Below are positions 37,316 through 47,600 of a DNA stretch of 64,000 nucleotides, in pieces. Each line of letters starts with the position of its first letter. The stretch's first letter is position 1. The translations under genes were made by a program, and so were the position numbers. Source of the stretch: Selaginella moellendorffii (Eukaryota; Plantae; Lycopodiophyta); contig NW_003314299.1 of NCBI RefSeq assembly GCF_000143415.4, positions 184,069 through 248,068 on the forward strand. The letters run 5' to 3'. Under the pieces are notes generated by a model. That model saw only the letters and a list, made by a program, of their open reading frames with translations, was not told the DNA's origin and did no database searches.

Positions 37316-40300
37316 ATGGCCTTCAGGGTTGGGGAAAAGGTTTACATTTTGAATGGTGGGAAGAGAGTTGCAAAAGGGACCCTTGTGTCTATGGATCGGA
37401 ACTTTGTTATACACTGTCAAAGGCTTGGGGAAGGCAATGTTGCTGTATCAGTAGAGACTGTCTTCGATGGGAATGTGGTCGCTATTGAACGAGGAGAGAT
37501 GGTCGTCCGGGTAAATGTTGTTGTTGTCTTGAAAAATCTTCAGAAGAAAGCAGATGTTGGGGACAGCGCAAGTGCGACGCATGTTCCCTCCGTGGATCTT
37601 AAGAACCGTGCTACATGGATTCAGGCAAAGGTGTTTCTAAACAACCCCGAGGGGGAGGTGGTAGCTGAGGGCTTAGCCACAGTTGTCGATCCAAGAGATG
37701 CGGTTGCTAATCAAGAATTGGGCTGGGATGATATTGGAGTTGCGATTTTAGAGGTTGTTGACACAGAAGAAAACAGTCTGACTATTGGAAGCATTGTGCG
37801 GTGGAAATTGAGGCACTTAGTGTTTGAGAATGTGAAGGATTCACAATCAAACACCACTACAACTGATGACAGAACATCTCTTCATGGGAAAAGAAAGTAC
37901 ACCTTCCTAAAGCGCAGCCAAAGGGATCTGAGCAACGAACCGAAAAGGCAGAAAATGGCAATGGAGGTTCGAATGGTCTCGACAGTTGCTTGTTGCAAGA
38001 GGAGGTGCTGTCAACATGCTGATTGGGATGCTATTGAAGAGGAGAGAGCAAGATACAAGACATTTTCCTGGAAGGCAGCTCGCAATTTTGTGTATGAGGC
38101 ATTATGGTCATCTGTTGATGCTTCAGAACATCAGGTGGGGGGCATGGTCTTCCAGAGGGGTTTGGTCTGCATGAAGGCATGGAGAATCATTTATGGAGTC
38201 CCTCGAACCACATTCTACAGAATCAAAACTGAGTTCGAGGAACAAAGGGTTCAACAGGCAGTCCATGGGAACGACGGTACGCACAAAACCAGGGGTCATG
38301 TTGTATATGGAGAGGCAATCTTCAAGAGGTTTGTCGAGACATGTAGTGAGCAGCAACCACATAAAACCCGCCTCTTGGAAGATGGAACACGAGACACCCA
38401 ACGAGTTCTCCCTTCCATGTATACCAAGGGGGCCATATTGGAAGATGTGAATCGGGAACTCCAGAGTAATGGTTACAGGAAGCTGAGCCAATCTAGATTT
38501 AGTAGATTGTGGAGCAACAGGTTCAGGGATGTGAGTATAGGAAAGTACTCCAGCTTTTCAAAGTGTGACGAGTGCACTGCTATCAAAATGGCTTTGTCGA
38601 AGAATTCTTGCAGCGCTCAAGAGTGAGAGACGTTGGTTAGAAGGCGGCTCGACCACAACATCGAGCAGAGAAGCTGCAAGACTGCATATTATCATAACAG
38701 GATTCTCTCCATGGAGAGACCTGACTCTTACCTCTGCATCATCCACGACAAAATGGACCAGAAAAAGACGTGCTTACCTCGACTCAATCCTGCCCCCAAG
38801 GCAATCTCTTCATCCATGCAGCTGCCTATGTCTCTGTTTGGCATAATCGCTCATGGGCATGGTGCCCAGAACTATGGGAACTTCTTTGTACCTCTATGGG
38901 GTGGCGGGGGTGCAAACATGATGATTGTGTCCCTAACAAAACACTTAAGGTCTTTGCAAAGTGCACAGACTGAGCTGAATGGCCAACCCTTGCATAAGGC
39001 CCTTGTCGATCGAACCCCATACAGGGTTCAGCTGGAGGAGGAGCAAAGGCTTGCAGTATCGCGTGGGGCCCATGCCATCCCAGTGAATATGTTGGCCGTC
39101 AGATTGTAGGGTTATCACGTGAGGCCTCATGCCATTCCGACGAGGCTGGTCACCCGGTGAATGCACAGCCTCATCCAAACGAAGCAGAATCTCAAGGAAG
39201 TTCTTGCGGCCGATGTGGCCTTCCACCCCATCTTCTGCTCCAAACAGACAATGCTGGCAGTGAGAACAAAAACATGTACGTCTTCGCGTACTTGGCGATG
39301 CTTGTTGCCAAAGGCATATTTGAAACGGTTACACTTGGCTTTTTCATGGTTGGGCACACTCATGAAGATGTCGATGCCATGTTCAGTCACCTGGCAAAGT
39401 CCCTCCGGCGATCCAATGTCCTCACCCTCCCACAACTCTACGATGAATTCTAAAATTGCATCAAAGGCACTGTTGAAGCTGCACTTCTGACAGAGGTTCC
39501 AGACTTTAAGGGGTTTGTAAGAGGTTACATCAGGGACGGATCCGAAACGCTGATTGGCCACTCCAAGCCTCTTCAGTTTCATTTCAGCATGTGTGACGGC
39601 TCCAGTGATGAGGTACAAGATGAGAGAATGGGCCACAGTGTGGTTGCCAGTGGACGGCATTGAACTCTTCAAGAGAGATCCCATAACTGGGGAACCTATG
39701 ATTCCTCAGGGTTCCCCACGGCCGATGCACCCGGATGGACTTAAAGACCAGGAAAGTATAGTGGCCGGGATTAGACAGCATATTGCCTTCTGAAAGAGGG
39801 GGTTGGTGTTTGGTGGAGAATCTTATTTTCAGAGGTGCAAACCTTTGCTCGAATACTGGGAGAAGATTATATCTGCTATCCAAAATGGGCCGGTTGTATA
39901 TAAAGAATTGGAAGAGTCCTTTTGGCCAGAACCCAGAGCACCAGATAGTAGCGGAACAATGTCCTCTGGAAATGCAGTGACAGATAACGATGTTGAGGAT
40001 CACTATTGTGGGCCAAGGAACAAGAAGCCGGATTCAGCATTCAATCCAGTACAGGTCTGCAAAGGAATGGTCGTGCTTGTCAGACCCAGTAATAAAAAAC
40101 AAATGATATGGGTGGGGCGCTGCATCACTGATGTAGAGGAGGATGCGGAAACTAACTCCTTCAATGTAACTGTGGAGTGGTTCAAGCCAAGTTCTGGATA
40201 TACGAAGGATTGCCTAGAAAAGAGATGGGTGCTGAATCCAAGGGATCCCAGCATGAGCATATCGGTGGATAATGTTGTGCATGGTTGGATGCGGAAGCAG

Positions 40301-40381
40301 AGTGCCACCATCACCTTGCCAGACCATGCAAGAGATGCAGCAAGAGCATTCATAACCCGGGTTCAAGGTGAGATTCATTAA
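37316..40381 (+). pseudogene. Sola1/DUF7869-like DDD/E transposase with two N-terminal SH3-like (Tnp1/DUF8039-like) repeats and a C-terminal BAH-like domain; disabled
   Basis: Motifs CCKRRC, VCMKAW..IYG, FSKCDEC, IIHDKMDQ, LQTDNAGSENKN, FFMVGHTHEDVDAMFS and GHSKPLQF. Stops at 38624, 39451 and 39791; frameshifts near 39070 and 39600. Confidence 0.85.
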
Positions 40382-42729
40382 TATTCCTTTACTAAGTTTC
40401 TAATGTATTTTATTTCAAGGTGAATAATCCGAATCTGAATCAGAGGAGGTGTGATGGCATGTGGCCTTATGCCATTCCTAGGTGAGATGATACAAATAAC
40501 AAGTATAAATTCTTAGTTGTTCTAGCAAATCTTACTTAAAGTTTAAGGTGAACAAGCCGAATATGAATTCATCGGATTGTTATAACAAATTGCGAGGTGA
40601 TGGCATGAGGCGATACGCCATTTGAGAGTGGTAGCCATTCCTATATGAGGTGAGTGAAATATTTATTAGAAATACCTCATTCAATTGTGCACTTCTAAGT
40701 CTTGGTCCACTCAGTACTGTTTGCATGTTTCTATTTTAATTCTTTCTCTAAAATGTTATTTAGCATGTGGCTTCATGCCATTGCTCTCCACAATCATGCA
40801 TTGAATTTTTCTATCCTTGCATAATACTTCTCCATATATATAGCATGTGCGCACATGTGATATGGTTCATTAGGCCTGATATAGTGTGTGAGGTAAAACA
40901 AAGATGATGTGACATATGCATTTACCAATCACACGTGCATAAATCTAATAATATGGCGTGTGGCCCATATTAATGGCACATAAACCCATATTGTGGGCTT
41001 ACGTGCTTTATGTACCATCATTCCCTTGCAACGTGTGTGTTGGTTTCCTTTTATAACACAACGAACTCCATATTTTAGGGTGAAGAGCGTTCTCATGGCA
41101 AGCACAAATCTGTAAGTGAGGCAGAAAAGGAGATGGAGAAGGAGATAGGTGAAGATGTAGAATATATAAGTCTTCCAAACTCCCCGTACTATACTCCAGG
41201 TGATCATTTTTCTGAACAAACGGCAACATTAACAACTATCGAGAACGCCCCAGTAACGTTAGAGACAACAATCCAAAGCAAAACAACTGACCCGGAGAAG
41301 GATGATAGTACCGCTGAGAGTACCAAAAAGGAGGTGTCCACTAGCGCTTAGGCTTATAATGGCGTGTGCCCTCATGCCATTTACTTGATCACCAAATACC
41401 TTTTTCCCTTTGCACTAGTATATCTTAATACCGGTCTGAGAAATAGAATGGCATGTGCCCTCAGGCCTTTTACTAAATCACCTTTGAAAGAAATGCAAGC
41501 CTCTATGTCGTAAAAAATAGGTACTAGAGAAATTCCTTAATAATATGAATGTTATTTAGTTTCATGAAAATACACTAAGGGTCAAATGAGTTAAATGACT
41601 TCTCCAGACTAGCAATGCCTCTTGCTACACCTTCACAATTAGATTTGTTAGAAAAAGATAACATTGAATAATATCTAAATGTTCTCACCATTAAGTTATA
41701 TGTCTGGCTAATAGGAATGACGTTCATCTTGGAAAGCTCACCACACGCTCAATGAACAAACAAATAGTGTGTGCGCGCATGCCATCGCTCTTCTTTAGCT
41801 TCAGATTCGGCTTGTTCACCTTGACAATGAGATTTATTATACAACCAGATGGACACAGTCTTGACATAAAGTCACCGCGCTAGTCACCATGCCCTAGATA
41901 TGTCTAGCCCCTGGACAAAAAACATATAATTTCACGTCATTTTCAAATACTTGAAAATTTGTACCTAGTCCCATTTTACTGAATAAATCCCACTTTAACG
42001 AAATAGAGCTTTTCACTGGATATCTATTGCTAATGAGAAAACAAAAGGGAAAAGGGCCTGATCTCCAGAGGCTGAGAAAGAAAGATAAGTGAATGAATAA
42101 TATGTATTAATAAGAAAATGATGAATGGAGATGGGGATCCACAATTCAAATTCCCCCCTTTCAAAGGCTAGCAATTCTAACTGCCAGCATATGCTAATGA
42201 ATGGTATATGTTGTGCATGATCAAATCTATAGCTCCGATGCAACCTTGGGTTCAAGGTTGGAGTCCCCTGAGCCTAGGTTTTTGGTTGATACACTCTGCT
42301 CCCCTAACAGAACTAGATACTGTCCTTGGTGCGAACGTAGTCAGTATCCATCACTTGTTGTTGCTGCTGCTCAAGTTGATAGAGGCGACGTTTCTGCTGT
42401 GGGAGTGTAAGCTCATGGTTGGGGACACTGTCTGGTGGATCTGTCCCATCTTCTTGGAGCTCGGCTACCTCGGCTAGTAGGGTGGTATGATCATCCTCGA
42501 GTTTCCAATAGCAGGTGTTGAGCTCTTCGTACTTGAATTTGTAGGTGAATTTGTGAGCTGCTGATGGGGTTGATGGCTGCTTGGAAATGATCTTCCTGAT
42601 GTCCCAGAGGTCAGTGCAGATCTACTTCATCTCCTCGAGCTGAGTATCAAGCCAGTGGTTTAAGGGCTTATAGAATTCCTTCTTGATCACTCCTTGGGTG
42701 TATATGAAGGAGTCTTGCTTGAGAAGATG

Positions 42730-44296
42730 CTATGAGATGTCAGCTGGTGTTGGGAAGTGGTTTGCTTGCTCACGGTGCATGCATTGATCGAGGGCTTCAA
42801 ACAACTTGCAGGTGCAGTAGCTTGGGTCATGGAGTTTATCCTCGTACTCCTTCCTGATCTCGTCATAATCATGGCATACCTGACTCTGTGGCTGAGGCAT
42901 GGCTGCTTCTCCTGCTCCTACTCTATGATCCTGGTGTTGTTCGCTAGGGTTCACTGTGTTCTTGGTCTCAAGATTTGAAGTTGCTGGAGGCTTAATTTGC
43001 TTCATTGGATGTGGGTGACATGGTCGGGCCGGATTCTTTGAGGTGGTTGGAGATGAGCTTTTCTGTTTGATGCTGGATGAATGGCCCAGATGTGGCACTG
43101 AAATTAATTTATCTGTTGGGGTTGAACGGCCCAAATCTTCCGCTTGGAATTTTGTTGAAGGGGCAGAAGTTTTGTTGATGCTGGTCGTGGCATTTGCTGG
43201 AGGAGGCATGGTTGCGTGTTCTGCAAGTGATTGGCAAAGGTAGTTGATGTTTTCTTTCATGGAACGTGTCGAGGGGGTCGGGGCGGTAAGAATGTTGTTC
43301 TCAGTGGGTGGAGAAACTGAGTTCTGGTGAGCAGCTGACATTTTCCTTTGGAGATGTTGAGGTGTTTGTGAGAAGTTGTCGGTTTTGGGGCTAATTCGAG
43401 TGGATGCAGGCGCTGGGGTGAGTGTGGAAGCTGGTGTGAGTCATCTTCATTGTTGCTGATGATGAGGTGCTCTTGGATCAGCAGCTTTCGAGCTGGATTC
43501 GCAGGTGTTTTGCGTGTGAGGCGGCGGTGAAGTGGAGTTGAATCGTTGGAGTGTTTGTGGCTGGTGTTGCTGGAGTGAGTTGAGCCTGATTGTTGAGATG
43601 CTGGGTTCGGTTTTTTGCTGGGAGTTTCTCCTTCTGATCCTGACTGGTCTTTTGAGCTGTTGCTTTGTTCTTCGGAGTTCGTTTGGGTTGTCCACGGTTG
43701 CTTGTTGGGAAGAGCTTGGTGTAGAGCTGCCAGCAGTGGGAACATTACTGTTCGCATGGTCTTCTTGTTGAGTGTGGCAAGGATGGCACGGTTGAGAAGT
43801 TTGAGAAGGAGCTCATGGAGATGATGAGCCACATTCACACGTTTGTTGTTGAGTAGAGCTCCGTAGACTTCTACTGTGCATTTGCTGATGGTGCGATATG
43901 TTAGGCGAAGTAAGGTGAATCGAGAGATTACTGGTGAGCTCACATGGGAGGACATTGAGGAGCAGCATTTGGACCGTACTATGAGATGATTTGCTGTGGA
44001 ACTTCTCCTGAGAATTTGAGCAATCCCTTGTTGGAGATTTTGAAAACGGAAGCGATTCTTGCTAGGCTGAGGGTGATCTCGTTGGCACTGTTGGTTATGG
44101 TGTTGTTCTTGGGGTTGAAGGAGGTGGCCAACTTCCTCGCCAGCTTTTGGTCAAGGTGTGTCAAAAAGGCCTTGTGGAGGAGCTCGAATCCATGGTCCTT
44201 GAGCCAGGTGGTTGTGTCGTTGCTAAGAAGCCTAGGAATATGGTGTGTCACGTATCTGAGGCGCCGGGGTGGACGAGCTGGCATCTTTCTCTTCAT
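42730..44296 (-). pseudogene. Extra ORF(s) 3' of pol in the Athila/Tat-like element
   Basis: Sense-strand ORFs 43979-44296, 43257-43955 and 42730-43341 lie between integrase and the PPT. The first weakly resembles plant-transposon accessory domains; the rest is low complexity. Confidence 0.45.
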
Positions 44297-44645
44297 TTTT
44301 TGTGATCAAAGTGCTTGCCCCGTTAGGGTTCCTGAGATATGTAACTGTTGGTTGGCTGATCGTGTGGCGCTCAATTGCTGGTGATGAATGGTATAGATTT
44401 GTTGATCGAATTGAGCTAGTTTGACTTGTCTTAATGGAAGATCAACGGTGGAGATTGGTGATGAAGTAGGTGGCATTGATCCGACGGTAGCTTGGGACTT
44501 AAGAGATTTTTGTTGCTATTTGTTGCTGAAATTGGTGGACGAGTTCATGTTGAGTCAAGTTAAGTTGTGTTGAACTGAGTTGAGTTGAAGTTTGTCTGTT
44601 GGGGTGATTGTCGACTGTTGGTTTCACAGTGTTTGTCAGTTTGGG

Positions 44646-47600
44646 TCAGAAACTTGCTGAGGTGCTGATGCTGAACATGTTGACATGATATGGTCGAAGC
44701 TTGTTGAGGCTGATGATCTCAGTGAAGTCTTTGGCGAATGTGCTGACTTTGGCAGTGCCATTGGGGTAGAGTGTAATGATTTTGAAAGGTCCTTGCCAGT
44801 TGGTGTGGAGTTTTTGGCCAAGTTTGCCGATGGGTCCTTGGTACCAAAGAACATGATTGTCGATGCTGTATTTCAGAATGTTGTGCCGGGATGCTTGTCG
44901 GTCGTGCTGAGCTTTTCTCTGTTTTTGGATGGCGTGAAGTGTCCAGAGGGTGTTGAGTCGAAGTTCGTTGAGACATTCGAGTTGCTGAAGCCTTTCTCGA
45001 ATTGCGTGTTGGGTGTCGAGATTATACTTGAAAGTGACTCGTATGCTCAGGATGATGAATTCAATTGGCCTGATGGCTTCTGTTCTGAAGGCAAGTTTGA
45101 ATGGCGTCATGTCGGTGGTGACTTTATATGCAGTTTGATAGGCCCAAAGTACATCAAGAAGTTTTTTGTCCTAGTCTTTGCCAGAATCGTTGATGACTTT
45201 TTTGAGGATGGTCTTCAGTGTTTTGTTCGTTGCTTCTGCTTGACCATTGTTTTGAGGATAGTATGGTGTCAACATTTTGTGTCGGATTTTGAACTCGGTG
45301 GCAAGATGTTTGATCATTTTGTTGATGAAGTGGGTGCCTCTGTAGGTGACGAGTTTGAGTGGTGTGCTGAAACGAGTGATGATATTTTCGTAGATGAAGG
45401 TTGCTGTTGCTTTCGCTGTGGCGTGTCGGAGAGGTATTGCTTCGGCCCACTTGGTAGTGTAATTGGTGGCGACGATGATGTACTGATTTCGTCGACGGGT
45501 GCTGACTTGGGGTCCAACGAAGTCGAGTCCCCATTTCTGAAATGGTGCCATTGGGAATGTTGGGTTGAGTTGTTGAGTTTGAGTTTTTGGCAGTAATCGG
45601 TGTCGTTGACATGTGTCACAGTATTTGCAGAATTCTTCAGTATCGTGCCAGAGTGTCAGCCACCAGAGGCCAGCTTGAAGAATCTTCCAAGTTGTGGTGT
45701 TGATGGTGAAGTGTCCGCCAGAAGGTCCAGCATGAGCTTCCTTGATGATTTGAGTTGTTTTTGGCGGCTTGATGCATCGGCGAAGAATGTTGTCGATGCC
45801 GAGTTTGTAGAGAGTGCCTCCGATGACTGAGTATCGGCGGGTTTTAGAGACAAAACTCTTCTTTTGGTCAGACATGGTGTACTGATCCGGAACTTTTGCT
45901 GAGTTCAGGTAACTGAAGACGTCGTCAAGCCAGGTTGCTGGTATTGAAACTTGGAATAGGTTTGAGTTGGGTAAGTCGTCAGTGAGTCTTTTGGGTTTGT
46001 CACCGGTGGTGATCCGACTGAGATAGTCTGCTTGCTTGTGATTTTTGCCGGGTTTGTGGATGATTTCAAAGTTGTATTCTTGTAGTAAAAGGAACCATCT
46101 TGATATTTGACCAGATAGTATCAGCTTGTTGATGAGGTAAAGGAGTGCCTTGTGGTCGACGAAAATGACAACTTTGGGTAGTGTCGGAACTTCTGAAGTG
46201 AGTAGACCATGCCGAGAGCTTCTTTCTCAGTGGTGGTGTAGTTTCGTTCAGCTGGGTTTAGTAGTCAGCTGGCATAGTAGATCAGTTGATCTCGGTTGTT
46301 GTGCTGATTTTGGCTGAGAATTGTGCCAGTGGTGACGTCGGAAGTGTTGACATGAATATGGAACTCTTGTGTCCAGTCAGGCTTGGCAAGGATCAGTGCT
46401 TTTGTGAGTTTGAGTTGGAGATTGTCAAATGCTTGTTGCTGTTCGGATGTCCATGTCCATTGGGCATCTTGCTTCAGTCCGTCAGTGAATGGTTTGGCAA
46501 TGTGAGCGTACTTGTGGATGAAGCGTTGGTGATATCCGACTTTGCCGAGGAAGCGTCGAAGTTCTTTCTGATTCTTCAACGGTTCAAGTTTGGAGATGAC
46601 GTCGACTTTGTCCTTGTCGATGAGAATGCTGTTTTTGCAGACAACGTGGCCGAGAAGTACTCTAGATTTGACAAAGAAAGTGCATTTGTTAGAGTTGAGT
46701 GCTATGTTGTTCTCGTCACACTTGTTGAGGCATTTCTCGAGGCATTCAAGATGTCGATCTTCCAAGCTGAAAATGCTAAAGTCATCCATGAAGACTCTCA
46801 TGAAATTAGTGAGATAGTCTTGGAAAGTGTTGGTGACGAGCCTTTGGAAGGTAAATGGGGCATTGCAGAGTCCAAAAGGCATTCATCAGTAAGCATAGGC
46901 TCCCCATGGACTGATGAATACTGTCTTGTGCTGATCTTCTTTGGCGATGTGAATTTGGTTGTAGCCAGAGAAACCATCGAGGAAGGAGTATATCTCATGT
47001 CCGGTGACTGCATCAAGAACTTCGTCGGTAAATGGTATTAGGAAGACATCTTTTTCGGTGGCATCATTGAGCTGTTTATAGTTGACATAGATTCAAAGGT
47101 TGCCATTTTTCTTCATCACAACCACCAGTGATGAAAGCCAGATCGGATTCTAAATCGGGTAGATGTACTTGACTTGGAGAAACTTGTCGAGTTCTTTCTT
47201 GACTTGTTCCATCATATTTGGATTCATGCGGTATGCTGCTTGTTTTCTCGGTTTTGAGTCCGGAAGAAGGGTGATGGTGTGAAGGTTGAGTTTCAGCGAA
47301 ACTATCTTAAGGTTATGGTAACTCCAAGCAAACAAGTGTTTCTTCTTTTGGAGAAGTTTGATACCTTTGTCTCAAAAACTTGCCAAGATGTCGGTGACGA
47401 GTACAATGTAGTGTTCGTTGCCGTCATTGGCAAGGCTGACTTTTTTGAGTTTTTGGTCGGCCAGAATTGTCGGACTGTGGACAACTTTGTTTTGGTTGTC
47501 AATTGAATGCCAGTGGTGTTTTGAGTTTTGTATCTCAAGTGACTGGATTTTTCAGTGCTGATGTAATTGGTGGTTGTTCTCGTTGGAAGTTGGCGACGAT

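Larger units (their letters stand above)
28589..41785. repeat. Dispersed 22-bp palindrome ATGGCRTGNGGCCNCAYGCCAT, at least 25 copies
   Basis: Copy starts at 28589, 29666, 29741, 31112, 31253, 32743, 34020, 34080, 34157, 34930, 35065, 35224, 35303, 36160, 36232, 36847, 36945, 37106, 37142, 37212, 39058, 39114, 40454, 40600, 40760, 40953, 41359, 41448 and 41764. Confidence 0.92.
28203..42011 (+). mobile_element. 13.8-kb TIR DNA transposon (Sola1/DUF7869-like) with cargo genes, copy 1
   Basis: Perfect 24-bp TIRs AAGCTCTATTTCGTTAAAGTGGGA (28203-28226) and reverse complement (41988-42011). TSD TTCA at 28199-28202 and 42012-42015. The empty site GATACTCCTCTTCACTGGATA is in the sister LTR near 52530-52550. 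A transposase lies inside. Confidence 0.93.

Noticed and set aside
28589-41785. Palindromic repeats as a CRISPR array
   Set aside because: Spacing is irregular (tens of bp to kb), copies lie within exons and introns, there are no cas genes, and the context is eukaryotic.
44685-47041. Plus-strand 303-aa and 251-aa ORFs
   Set aside because: They are antisense shadows of integrase and RT.
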